A stretch of 64,000 bases of DNA from Octopus sinensis (Eukaryota): contig NC_043003.1 of the NCBI RefSeq assembly GCF_006345805.1, positions 67,022,001 through 67,086,000 of the forward strand, written 5' to 3'. Under the pieces are notes generated by a model, which was given only the letters and a program-made list of their open reading frames with translations, searched no databases and had not been told where the DNA came from. The position numbers were made by a program, and so were the translations under genes. Shown one piece after another: positions 51,481 to 64,000 of the stretch. The stretch's first letter is position 1. Each line of letters opens with the position of its first letter.

Positions 51481-51744
51481 TATGCACATACCCATGCGTA
51501 GATATTTTTCTCTTGTGTGCGACCGTTCTACATCCATAGCATCATTGGGATATACAAATCCAGCTATTTTAAAGCTGTATGAGAGGTCGTCTAGAGGAGA
51601 GTACTTTCTGTAGAGCCCATTGCAGACCGATTGGAAGTTCTCTTCACTGTTTGTCTGCCTCATTGTCTGTAGGTATGCATGTATATGACCATGCATGTAT
51701 ATTTTTATGTATGCATGTGCGGACAAATGCACCTTTTATTCTTT

Positions 51745-52130
51745 TATTCTTTTACTTGTTTCAGTCACTTGACTGCGGCCATGCTGGAGCACTGCCTTTT
51801 AGTTGAGCAAATTGACCCCCAGGACTTAGTCTTTGTAAGCCTAGTACTTATTCTAGCGGTCTTCTTTTGCCGAACCGCCAGCATCAGTTGTTAAGTGATG
51901 TTGGGGGGACAAACACAGACACACAAACATACACACGCTACATATACATATATATTTATATATACACGACGGGATTCTTCCAGTTTCCGTCTACCAAATC
52001 CACTCACAAGGCTTTGGTCGGCCCGAGGTTATAGTAGAAGACACTTGCCCAAAGTACGAGGCAGTGGGACTGAACCCGGAACCATGTGGTTGGTAAGCAA
52101 GCTACTTAACACACAACCACTCTTGCACCT
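51745..52130 (-). mobile_element. SINE family B, full length
   Basis: Reverse of the family B consensus including tail and head. Confidence 0.9.
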
Positions 52131-52140
52131 ATTCATTGAT

Positions 52141-52172
<32 letters not shown>

Positions 52173-52984
52173 ACACACACAGCAACACACACATATATAT
52201 ATATATCCATATATGTTATTCACGCTTTGGTGATTTTCTCAGCGCTAACGTGTACATAAATAGACAAACCTATCCATACGTTCGCATCCATTCTTTACGT
52301 TAAGAGGAGGCAAGCTTCACAAATAACTAAAAAAAACTATTCCACTGCATGATGTTGTTAGAAAGCTTCTTATGAAGAAAGGTGGGAAAATATGCTACAA
52401 CATTAAATCGATGGAGCAATGAATTGAACTGGATGAGTTATGAGTAAAGAATACAGCAATAGCTGAGGAATGTTAAAAGGAGTTATAAATTATATAAAAA
52501 ATATTCTGATGAGAAAGAATGTGATGAAATTATGCGATAAAAAAATTACTATTTTATGAAGATAGAATTTCAAAGAAATTAATATGATATAAAATTAAAA
52601 TGCGAAATTTGAAAAGTGTTGAAGTAAATGAAAATCGATTAAAAATGGATTGTAAACGAAATGGATTTTGAAAAGTGAAGATAAATTATTGTAACTTAAA
52701 TCTAAAATGTCTTAAGGTGAAATAAAGTGTATTGAAATAAAAAATAGAAGGAATTTGAATTATCAGAATATCGATGCTGGGCCCAAAACAGTATGAAGTA
52801 AAGTAAAGGGTTGTTGATTCGGATGAACGTGCGCAGTTAGCGGAGGTGAAAGGTGTTCTTCAGAAAGGTGTTTACCAACGTTAACCAATATGGTAGCAAT
52901 GCTACACTACAAAGACACTGAATGAAGGAGAAAATACAGATTGCAGTGCAGAAAATAACATTTATTATATGTATTGCGGTTAAA

Positions 52985-53562
52985 GTGTTGAACTGGCAGT
53001 ATGGTTAGCATGCTGGGCAAAATGATCAGTCACATTTAGCCGTCTACACGTTATAAGTTCAAGTTACGCCGAGGTCAGCTTTGCCTTTCATGCTTTCGAG
53101 ATCATTAAAATAAATATCTGTTAAGTACTGGGGCTGATGCAATCTCTTCAAAAGTTGTTGGTCCTCTGCCCAAAATTTGAAATTCTCAACTATCTTACTA
53201 GGCCTTGGAGTGGCTGTGTGATAAGTAGGTTGCTTACCATCCACATAGTCTGGGTTCAGTCCCACTGCGTGGCACCTTAGACAAGTGTCTTCTACTATAG
53301 CCTTGGGCGTGGATTTGGTAGACGGAAAATGAAAAGAAGCCCGTCGTATATATGTATGTATCTATGTGTATATGTTTGTGTCTGTGTTTGTTCTCCCAGC
53401 ATCGCTTGACAACCGATGCTGGTGTAATTACGTCCCCGTAACTTAGCGATTTGGTAAAAGTGACCGATAGAATAAGACCTGGGTTCGATTTGTTCGACTA
53501 AAGGCGGTGCTCCAGCATGGCCGCAGTCAAATAACTGAAACAAGTAAAAGAGTAAAAGAGTA
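52985..53562 (+). mobile_element. SINE family A (52985-53185) followed by SINE family B (53203-53562)
   Basis: Diagnostic motifs; family B ends gaaacaagtaaaagagtaaaagag. Confidence 0.8.
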
Positions 53563-53721
53563 TTATGTGTATTGCCGTTTCATTTCGAAACATCACTGAT
53601 ATATGTTTTTCAATATATCTGTCGAATAGTGTGTAGTAGTTTGCTTGAAGTACTGTGATATTGGAACAGAGAATTTAATGGAAACATTCTTACAATGCGG
53701 AAGAAAGCGAATAAAATATTC

Positions 53722-54101
53722 CTTTCTACTCTAGGTACATGGCCCGAAATTTTGGGGAAGTGTCTAGTTGATTAGCTTGACCACAGTACGCAACTGGTAT
53801 TTAATTTATTGACTCCCGAAAGGATGAAAGACAAAGTCGACCTCGGTGGAATTTGAACTCAGAACGTAAAGAAAGACGAAATACCCATTTCTTTGTTACC
53901 CAGAAGGAACAAACAAGGACAGACAAACGGATTAAGTCGATTATATCGACCCTAGTGCGTAACTGGTACTTTATTTAATCGACACCGAAAGGATGAAAGG
54001 CAAAGTCGACCTCGGCAGAATTTGAACTCAGAACGTAACGGCAGACGAAATACGGCTGCGCATTTCGCCCGACGTGCTAACGTTTCTGCCAGCTCGCCGC
54101 T
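53722..54101 (-). mobile_element. Dimeric SINE family A
   Basis: Full monomer fused to a headless monomer at gacgaaatacc; flanked by direct repeats agaaagcgaa(t)aaaatatt. Confidence 0.85.
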
Positions 54102-54274
54102 TTAGAAAGCGAAAAATATTAATTCTTTTATATTTCGGGTACCATACGCATCTTCAAAGAAATATATGTTCTAGTAGAATTAATGGATGGTACTTCATTG
54201 CTATACCAATAATATTAGCAGTGGCAACAGAGTGTTGATGGTATTTGTAGTAGTTGTGATGGTAGGGTGAAGGT

Positions 54275-54555
54275 GAGTGGCTTGGTGGTTAGAGTAAGGT
54301 CGAGAGTTCAATTCCCAGCGACGGGTTGTGTTCTTGAGTATTACTCTAGTCCACTCAACTGGCAAAACTGAGTAGTACCTGTATTTCAAATGGCCAGCCG
54401 CATCACACTCGGTGTCACGTTTGAACTTTCCTGAGAACTTCATTAAGAGCACACATGTTTGTGGAGTGCTGAGCCCCTTGCATACTAATTTCATGAACAG
54501 GCCGTTCCATTGACTGGATCAACTGTAACCCTTGCCGTCGTAACCGACGGAGTGC
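54275..54555 (+). mobile_element. SINE family D
   Basis: tggcttggtggttag...gagttcaattccc (A/B boxes), ctagtccactcaactggcaaaa.tgagt core, ...gtaaccgacggagtgc end. Confidence 0.7.
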
Positions 54556-54854
54556 AAGTTAATGGTAGGAAGAGGAATAAAGGTAATGATTGTGACAGAG
54601 TTGCAGCAGCAACCTAAGTTCCCGTTTGCTTAGTTCTAATTGAATGCTGATGGTCTGCTGGTGCTTCGTTATAATGGTAGAGGTAGGAGTAATTGTAATG
54701 GCCTCATCATAAGCAGCAGTTGTTAAATGATAATAAATATCGGCCAGTCAAAGCAGCAGTAATAACAGTAATAGTATTAACGTTAGAACAGATGTAGCAG
54801 TAGCAACAGCAGCAGTAGTAACAGCAGCAACAGCAACAGTAGTAGTAGCAGTAA

Positions 54855-54902
<48 letters not shown>

Positions 54903-54939
54903 CGTTAACCGCGTTATAACTGCCATTGGCGTAACTGAC

Positions 54940-55031
54940 CGACTATTGACAGTTGAATCGTGCTCCCTTATACGAATGGCTTCTTTTATCTCTAGAGTAC
55001 CTACGTTGCGTTCGGTTGTTAGAACACCCAC
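54940..55031 (-). pseudogene. Possible remnant of a Penelope GIY-YIG endonuclease C-terminus
   Basis: GVLTTERNVGTLEIKEAIRIREHDSTVNSR resembles the ...E.N...R.IKEAI.IR....LNR end of PLE ORFs; very short. Confidence 0.4.
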
Positions 55032-55931
55032 TCCTACAACTGTTACTGCTATTACTATCAGTAGCTCTGGTTATCATTTACTTATGTAGTAATTAATTGA
55101 ATTGTCAAGCTTTTCTTTACACCTCTGTATTATTTTTAACATGTTTTCCGCTCCTGTCACATCTGTCGCAATAAAGTTTATTTCTGCACTGAGGAGTTCT
55201 TTTCTGTGTTTATACGAAAAAAAAAAAAAAGAAAGAAAAAGAAAATAGCCTGAAGTTGATAGAATTAAAAGAAAAATATTAACCCCTGTTCAGAAATGTT
55301 AAACTGTGCAAATGCGAAGCTATCAGCTATCTCAAGCGCATGAAATCTATAAATAAAGAAATGTTTGATAACTTAAAGCAATTAAAGTGGTTTACATCTG
55401 TTATGAAAATCCATAAATTCGTTGTAACTTAAAACATGTTTTCTGTAAAACTGAGTGGTGCATGCAATCGATACCTGAAGCAAGGCTGAAATTTTGTATA
55501 AATTTGATAATATATTTATTTAACCTAATGGGTTTATTATTTTTTATAGCGTTTTACAAACAGAGAGTTATCGGAATATATTTAACTGACTTGAGATTGA
55601 GTTCTGATATTAGCCCAAGGATATAATTCATTCTATATTTTGAAGAAGTAATTTATCAAAAAAGATAAAAATGAATGGAGATAGAATACAGTCTCAGATA
55701 CTGGCTGATCCATGTTCACTTCAAATATATTTTCATTATGTTATTTGTTTAATTCAAATATCTCTGCCTTTTGTCATCCACACCACAACAGTTGAAACAT
55801 TAAATATAAAATTTTTTCCCATTCCATCTAGTAATTCTCAACTGGGGTCCATATGGCCTTTGTGGGGTCCGTATAAGATTTTGTTGTGAAAATCTATCTG
55901 CAATAAATCAGTCATATTCTGTGTATTGGCA

Positions 55932-56164
55932 AAGGCGGCGAGCTGGCAGACACGTTAGCACACCGGGCGAAATGCGTAGCCGTATTTCATCTGCCGTTAC
56001 GTTCTGAGTTCAAATTCCGCCGAGGTCGACTTTGCCTTTCATCCTTTCGGGGTCGATAAATTAAGTACCAGTTTCACACTGGGTCGATGTAATCGACTTA
56101 ATCCCTTTGTCAGTCCTTGTTTGCCCCCTCTATGTTTAGCCCCTTGTGGGTAGTAAAGAAATAT
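55932..56164 (+). mobile_element. Young SINE family A monomer with 18-bp target-site duplication
   Basis: atattctgtgtattggca at 55914-55931 and 56165-56182. Confidence 0.92.
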
Positions 56165-56429
56165 ATATTCTGTGTATTGGCACAGAATATTTTAAGTTTT
56201 TCTATACTATTTCAGGTATTATTTAATCATAAAAATATAAGATTTTTTAAACAACGAATAGCTAGGAGAATACATCTGAAACGAATAGGAATGAAAGTGT
56301 TCTATAGGCAAAAATGGTTGAGAAAAAAATGTTTCCATCCATTCGTCTCCATCCACTATTCCTGCGAGGGTCGTTGGGTTAGAGTTCTCAGGCACATACT
56401 TCATAGGGTCGTGTCGTAAGTAATTGCCT

Positions 56430-56830
56430 TTACGCTGTCCAACTGGATTCTCAGGCGTGACCTACTGAGAGTATAAATGTTATCTAACCGTCATGTTCTC
56501 TAGGTTTCTTTCCGGTTGGTTCGGTTTGAAGACCTTGTCTTGCAGTTTTTTTTATCCTTAGACATTCAAATCACATGTCCGTAGTACTGGAGCTGTGATC
56601 AGGACCTGTAGCGACTCGACCGGAGGAGACTGACTTCCGAGCTACGTCACTCCAGAGATCCTTCAAAAGAACCTTGTATTTTCAGTCGTACTCTTTCAGT
56701 CATCACCGAATATTCAAGTGGTGTAACAAGTATTATTTTGAAACCAAGAAATATCTTCACAGAAACTCATTTGATATTCTGCGAATGTTGCGAAAAAAAT
56801 GCTACGCGAATTAAAAAGCAAACTATAAAT
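56430..56830 (-). mobile_element. Degenerate RTE-like LINE 3' fragment
   Basis: The reverse strand resembles the RTE C-terminal YYGH...G.R..GRP..RW.DNI region; heavily decayed. Confidence 0.45.
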
Positions 56831-57148
56831 TATATATTAAACCTGTTCATTTTAACATCCTCGCTGTAATTTCTAATGTGTTTTTTATGCAGGAAAATGG
56901 AAATTATTATCTTGGCACTCAATTATTATGACATGTGAAATACGATGCGCTGTAGATTTTAATATTAAAAACAAAATCCGTAGCTTATGTAAGATATTAT
57001 ACATTGACAGCGGACTGTTTTTTACATGGAAGACAGGTAATGAATACAGTTCAGAAAGTTCGACGTAACACATGACATCGTGTACGTATACAGACACACG
57101 CACGCACACATACATATACATATGTATGCACGCACGCATTCATATATA

Positions 57149-57198
<50 letters not shown>

Positions 57199-57883
57199 GC
57201 ATACGTGCATGTATGCAAATAAACAGCCAAACAATAAGTATGCATGTATGTATGTATGTATACAGATTTTTCGATATCTGTGTATATTTATGCGTTGTGT
57301 TTAGGGTGATCAGCTCGAGTGTTCCCTTCCTAATGTCGAGTGTTACCTTTCTGCGTCGAGTGAACCTCAGACCACTGGCTGCTGACAACCCAGATATACC
57401 ACTTTAGTATTGACTGTTCCTAGTCACTGGCTGTCCAACAACCAAGAACAGAGTTGCCAACTACGAATGCCTACGCAGATCACAAACTGACCCTACAACT
57501 TTATGCATCTCCTATGGGACACTTCATTGACCTCCATAAACGCAGTGTGCACACGCAAACACATACACATGTATATAAATCTATGTGCACACATGCACAC
57601 AAATACACACACACAGAACCGCGCACACATACATGTACGTACGTATAGTTCTCCTCTCTTCCCTTCCATGCCACACCACTTAACTTCAGTCCAATACTCG
57701 TTCCTCCACCCCAGCAATGGTGTTGCAACTACACCAGCATACGTCTATCACACCCGAATACATAGATGCAAAAAGCATGCATAAGTATATATATATATAT
57801 ACAAATCAGAAATATAAAAGTCGCAGAATGTGACATCATATATATATACATACATATATATATACACGTATATATATATATAC

Positions 57884-57915
<32 letters not shown>

Positions 57916-58944
57916 CACACACACACACACACACACCACACACACACACACATGTATATATATGATGTGTTTTCGTATAAGAGCATTATATTTAGTTTCC
58001 AATTTTCTTTATAGATTTAATATATTTGAGCAGGTTTGAAAGCCGCAGAGAAAAGAATTTTTGATATATTATATGAACACTGACTTTTCTTATTTAATTT
58101 TAACTTTACCATCACGAGAAAAGAGAAAAAGACATGTCATTTTTGAAAAAATAAGAAATTAACAAATACAATATATATATAGATATTGCATTAATGTAAC
58201 CTTTTTGCGTTTTTGAAATTAGTAAATCCGATTCTTTATAATATTTATGAATTTGGTGCTAGGTTTTGTTTTGTAGTCTTCAAATGGAATGCATTTACTT
58301 AATTTCGAGAAAAAATATATAAATATACAGTGACAATAGAGTAAAAAGTGCATGACTTTATTATGTATTAATGTAAGGTATTTACATATATATAATTTAT
58401 ATATATATATATATATATATACATATACAGATATGTGTGAGTGTATATATATAATTTATAACACTATTTCTGTTTCAGCTTGAATGAGAAACACAAGGAC
58501 CCAGACATAAATATCTTTAAGAAGTTACCATTATTTGTTAAGAGAAATATCCTACAACGCACGAGTTCGTTAATAGAAGTTCGAAAAATGATCTTCAAAA
58601 TGGAAAATGCTACAAAAGTATTTAAAATATTTACAAGAAATGACTGTTTTTCTGAATAAAACCTGAGATAAGACTAACAATTATCTCTCTGAAACCGACA
58701 CAGTTTATATCTAACAATAAAATCTGACCAGTCTATCTCTAAGTCTCTTAACTAAATATAATCTGTGAATCCTCAACATCATATACATATACTCATATTG
58801 TCAAAATGTTTTCAATTCTAAACAAATTTATTCTATATGTATACTTTGTAGGAACTGATAGAGGAAATCTTGTTCAGGCTACTATTACTTTCAATATCTC
58901 TTTCGAGAAATACTGGGTACTGAAATAGCAGCTCAACCACTGAA

Positions 58945-59985
58945 ATGAGGATGTGATATACCTCGACTTTGCCAAGGCATGTAACAAAGTTGGTCATGGA
59001 ATGGTATGTCACAAATTGTGTAAACTTGGTATCACCGGAAAATTAGGAAATTGGCTGCATGACTTTTTAACAGGTAAAAGTGAGACAGTTGCTACTAATG
59101 GTGTTCTCTCTCTAGGGAGACATCATTTCGCAGTAGAGTCTCTGACAGGAACTGTACTAGGACCGCTACTCTTTGCGGTGGCTCCCTCAGACACACAGTT
59201 AGCCGTACCATCAACCACTTTTACCAGATATAAAATTATCTCAGGCGATCAAGGACCCTGTCACCATCCTGAAACTACAGAAAGACCGGAAAACAATATA
59301 CATGTGGACTGATGAAAATTACATGTTGTTCAATTCCGAGAAGTTTCAAGCGCTTCGCTAGTGTACAGGCAAGTAGCTAGATAAATTCTGAGATCTTCAG
59401 ACCAAGGAAAGGAAGAAGGACACATGCTCCTCCTATGAAGACCTTTCTTTCTCAAACTGGTGGAAGAATATGAGGCAATCTAGCGACACTACATCAAGAT
59501 CGACTTGGTGCTACAGAAGAGCTACTGGCAGAGGCTAAAAGAACTGAAGCTTTATTCCCTAGAGAGAAAGTGCGAAATATAGACAATGATACACATATGG
59601 AAGACGTGGAAAGATTTAGCTTCCAACTTTATACCAACCACCGAACTGGACGGTATGCATAGTATAAAAAATCCCGTTTTCTCCATCCAGAATAAGAACC
59701 CTATACTGTAGCAGTTGAGTTTCAAGAGGCCACAAACGTTCGGTATTCTGAGCAACAGCCTCAGAAAGTTGCGAGGTGTAGACGTGGAGGTCTTCAAAGA
59801 ACGTCTGAACACATTTTATCTGAATTAGCAGATGAACTAACATCCCAGCAGGAGACACAGGGAAGAACAACTACGTCCAACTTACTGCTTTACTAGAAAC
59901 GAAGCAGAAAATAAACCCAAACACACTGAAAGACGATGCCCCAGGATAGCCTCAGCCCCTAGTTAAAACCAGTACAAGATAAAAC
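58945..59985 (+). mobile_element. Decayed 3' part of CR1-like LINE family 1
   Basis: IYLDFAKACNKVGHGMVCHKL...GTVLGPLLFAVA matches 15892-16150; the tail gacgatgccccaggatagcctcagc...aaaccagtacaaga resembles the family tail. Confidence 0.85.
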
Positions 59986-60284
59986 AACAAAAGTTAAACC
60001 GATAATATCTGAATAATGCGTCATTATTTCTTAAATGGTAAAATAAAATTATAATGAAGAAATTTTACAAAAAGAACAGAATTGAGTAAGTGGAGCAAGA
60101 GCACACACGAAAACGAAAAGTGTCGCTGAAGAGGTCACAGATGTATGATGAAAGTTTTCCGGAGAATGGACAAGAGTTAAAATAATAAAAGAAGAATAGC
60201 AATAAACGATTGGAAAAAAATAATTACCATCCCGAAATACAACAATGAGATAATTTTACGAATATAATACAACTTATGTGAACA

Positions 60285-60447
60285 GAAGTGTGGTAAGTAG
60301 CTTGCTTGCCAACCACATGGTTCCGAGTTCAGTCCCAATGCATGGCACCTTGGGCAAGTGCTTTCTACTATAGCCTCGGGCCGACCAAAGCCTTTGAGTG
60401 GGTTTGGTAGACGAAAACTGAAAGAAGCCCGTCGTGTATATATATAT

Positions 60448-60478
<31 letters not shown>

Positions 60479-60700
60479 GCTTGTGTGTGTGTGTGTGTGT
60501 GTATGCGTGTGTGTGTATGTGTGTGTGTGTGTATGTGTGTGTTGATTACCGATGCTGATGAGTTTACGTTCCCGTAACCTAGCGGTTCGGCAAAAGTGAC
60601 CGATTGAATAAGTAGTAGGCTTACAAAGAATAAGTCCTGGGGTCGGTTTGCTCGATTAAAGTCGGTGCTCCAGCATGACCGCAGTCAAATGACTGAAACA
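60285..60700 (+). mobile_element. SINE family B, full length
   Basis: Consensus head, internal (TA)n(TG)n, tail to gactgaaac. Confidence 0.9.
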
Positions 60701-60774
60701 CACACACAAACAAAAAGAAATTTCGAGAAATATAAAAAATAGGTATAAATCCAATCTTTTTAATATGATATTAT

Positions 60775-61164
60775 TTTCTACTCCAGGCACAATGCCCGAA
60801 ATTTTGGGGAGCAGGGGATTAATCGATTAGATTGACCCGAATATGTAACTTAATTTATCGACCCCGAAAGGATGACAAGCAAAGTCGACCTCGGCGGAAT
60901 TTGAACTCTGAACGTAAAGACAGACGAAATACCTGTTTCTTTACTGCCCACAAGTGGCTACACACAGAGGGGACATACAAGGACAGACAAACGGATTAAG
61001 TCGATTATATCGACCCCAGTGCGTAACTGGTACTTATTTAATCGATCCCGAAAGGATGAAAGGCAAAGTTGACCTCGGTGGAATTTGAACTCAGAACGTA
61101 ACGGCAGGCGAAATACCGCTAAGCATTTCGACCGGCGTGCTAATGTTTCTGTCAGCTCGCCGTC
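60775..61164 (-). mobile_element. Dimeric SINE family A
   Basis: Same junction as 53722-54101; flanks ttt(a/g)atatgatatta. Confidence 0.85.
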
Positions 61165-61364
61165 ATATTTTTCTTTGATATGATATTACAAAGAAAATAT
61201 ATAACATTGAAGTTAAGTTAAACATGTCGATTACAAACATAGGCATGACGTCACAGACTCCCAGGCAAGATGATGACGGGTGATCTTGTAATTCTCAGAA
61301 TTTGATTGCATTCTTGTCGAACTTGGAAACATATCTTCCCTGTCTGATGTAGATTTCTATCGTT

Positions 61365-61760
61365 TATTTGTTTCAGTTATAAAACTGTGGCCATGACGTA
61401 GCAACACATTCAAGCATTTTAGTCGAACAAATTGGCTTTAGTACTTATTATATCGGGATCTTTCGCCGAACCGCTAAGTTCACGCGGACGTGAACACACC
61501 AACTCCGGTTGCCAAGAGGTGGTAGGATGGGCAAACACACATACACATATAATATATATACATATACATACGTACATACATACACACATACACACATACA
61601 CACATACACACATACAAAGGACTTCTTTCTGTTTTCGTCTACCAAGTCCACTCACAAGGCCATATCAGGAAGAATTGTCGAAGGTGCCACGCAGTGAAAC
61701 TGAACCTGGAACGATGTGGTATGGAAACAAACTTCTTACTACACAGCCACACTTACGCCA
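61365..61760 (-). mobile_element. SINE family B, degenerate
   Basis: tttgtttcagt...gccgaaccgctaagtt...actgaacctggaacgatgtgg...acacagccac. Confidence 0.8.
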
Positions 61761-62561
61761 ATAAACTTTGACTGATCTTCGAACATTTTGTAAAGGATAA
61801 TCGATCGAATCGTTTGATAATGTAATACCCTTGGCAGCAAAGGAATTACCAGTTTCTCAGCTGATTTCCTTAATTACTATTGAATTCATTTGTTGTGCGG
61901 TTCATCAATTTACATTAACAGTTATTTTATCGGCACGCCTGGGTTTAAGGCAAAATACACAGTGAGATTCAAATGCAATTCAAAACGGAAAAACTCGAAA
62001 GCAAATATTAAAAGTGAATGTTGTAATGTCTTAACATCTCCCACCACGACACCACAGGGAATAATTGTGAACAGATTTCTTTCCTTCATAAATACTCCGA
62101 CGCCATTGAATGACAAATTGAAATGTTTTGAAAACATTATATTAGTTAAAGGTGATGAAGCGATGCAAGGAAATAAAGATAATGAAAACGTGATTCCAGC
62201 AAGTTGATTAACAATAATATTATGGAGAAATTTCACCACATTTGTTGTTAACAATCATCGCATGCTGTTCATTTTTATGCAACAATTTCAATGTTTTTAA
62301 TTTGATTCGAAAAACATATTTCTGATGCCGCACGCAATAGCAATAAAATTTCTTAGTCTTTATAGAAGACAAACGTGCATATGAAGTAATACAAACGAAA
62401 TGACAGCACGTTTTCTTTCCTCATTTTTCATAAACGTTTATAGTAATGCTATATATTTTGGTTTAAAATACAATTGTGGTGAATAATTTCTTTTGGAAAA
62501 TCTCTTGGCATAATCGTTAGAACATCAAACAAAACACCTTCCAATATTTGCCTGGGTACAG

Positions 62562-63168
62562 CGGCGATCTGGCAAAATCGTTATATCCCGGACGAAATCC
62601 TTAATGCCATTTGGTCAGTCTTTATGTTCTGGGTTCAAACTCTACGGGAATTCACTTTCGATGGCGTCCATGTACTCGACTTACCACCTTCTCTAATTTT
62701 ATTGGCCTTGTGTCAAAATTTGAAACCATATCTGTCCGGCTCAAGGTGGCGAGCTGGCAGAAACGTTATATGCTGCACGAAATGCCTAAAGTTATTTGAT
62801 CCATCTTTACATCCTGAGTTGAAACTCTGCCAAGGTCTACTTTCGAAGTCGATAAAATAAATACCAGTTGAACACTGGGGTCCATTTACTCGACTAAGTC
62901 ACTTCTCAAAATTTGCTGGCCTTGTGCTAAAATTAAAACCAAATTTGTCTGGCTCAAGGCGATGAGCTATTAGGATCGTTAGCACGCTAGTTAAAATGTT
63001 TCGTGGCATTTTGCCCGTCTTCACGTAAAGAGTTCAAATTCCACCAAAGTCAGTTTTATCATTCTTCCTTACAGGATCGATAAAATGAGTACTAGCGAAG
63101 CACTGGGTTCGATCTAATTGACTTGTTCACTTCTCACTAGAATTGTTGGTCTTGTACCAAATTTTAAA
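62562..63168 (+). mobile_element. Three head-to-tail SINE family A copies
   Basis: Starts at ~62562, 62745 and 62957; each ends cttgt...aaa.tt..aac. Confidence 0.85.
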
Positions 63169-63356
63169 ACAATTATTTGCAACGAACTAAATACTTACTT
63201 CTGAAACGAGAGGGTATATTCGATCAAGTAAAATTTATTTAAATAGAAAATACAGACAGTTACAGCTGAGTGATGTCATGCCTTTAATTGTAGAATGCTG
63301 TCTCCTTTCTGTCAATCTGCTGCCAAACGTATGCATACATAAACGCACATACATAC

Positions 63357-63401
<45 letters not shown>

Positions 63402-63653
63402 CTCTCTCTCTCTCTCACATATATAAATGAAATGAATGAATGGCGAACGAACAAGAAATTGTGCAAGGAACTTCCTTTGCTTATAATATCTTTCTGCTAT
63501 AAGTTGCAGTGCGGACGGCAGGTACATCACCTCATAACATTCTCAGAGCTTCGAATTCTAACACCAGGATATTAATATCGATATGTCTAAGCGAAATGTG
63601 TGTGCGTGTATGTGTGTGTGGCGTGTGTGTGAGTATATATATATATATGTATG

Positions 63654-63747
<94 letters not shown>

Positions 63748-64000
63748 TACATATATGTATATATATGGTGGCTGTTTACTCTTTATGCAGAGTTTGACCA
63801 CCTCCTGTAACTACACCTTAGAACCATCATGGTATCTGGTGGTGGGTTTTAAAACCAGACAATGTTTTGAAAAGACACCCACGTAGATTGCATATCCGAT
63901 TTGGACCATCAAGAGCTGCAGTTAAGTTCTGATCTTTGTAGGTCTCAAAATGTCTTTTGAAGCCTCCGTTATATTACCAGACCTTCTGGTATACATTGCA

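Noticed and set aside
51490-51660. Unique-looking stretch within ORF 51280-51732
   Set aside because: The ORF is mostly microsatellite; the unique part has no SLC6 or other recognisable motif.
55780-55900. Upstream SLC6 exon after ttgcag on the minus strand
   Set aside because: All frames close quickly and lack the expected DI..M.G..P..YW..CW motif.
57315-57365. Three tcgagtg repeats at ~20-bp spacing as a regulatory array
   Set aside because: Too short and degenerate to support a function from sequence alone.
61890-62254. Overlapping 105/110-aa ORFs on opposite strands
   Set aside because: No recognisable domain or splice context; plausible by chance.

Overview
AT-rich, repeat-dominated eukaryotic DNA. 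The SINE types and microsatellite load suggest an octopus (coleoid cephalopod) genome; this is inference from sequence style, not a database match. The only host gene I can support is the 3' end of an SLC6 (Na+/Cl- neurotransmitter/amino-acid transporter) gene on the minus strand: exons 49060-49221 and 47916-48230, with upstream exons apparently beyond the window. The rest is microsatellites, about 30 tRNA-type SINE copies, decayed LINEs (CR1-like, RTE, R4/Dong-like), a deleted maT/mariner, non-autonomous Helitrons and an unclassified long-TIR element. Most provided ORFs are microsatellite artefacts. The most interesting signal is three separate families of minimal type-I hammerhead-ribozyme (HHR) motifs of the Penelope-associated kind. 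One family is the 3' module of a tRNA-headed SINE whose copies all carry inverted duplications, which suggests a Pol III, ribozyme-bearing SINE mobilised by Penelope-like machinery. Also notable are an A-B-A-B-A TG...CA direct-repeat element that sits in (TA)n, a dimeric SINE that moved as a unit, and a SINE/LINE pair with matching 3' tails. Coordinates were counted by eye and may be off by a few bases.
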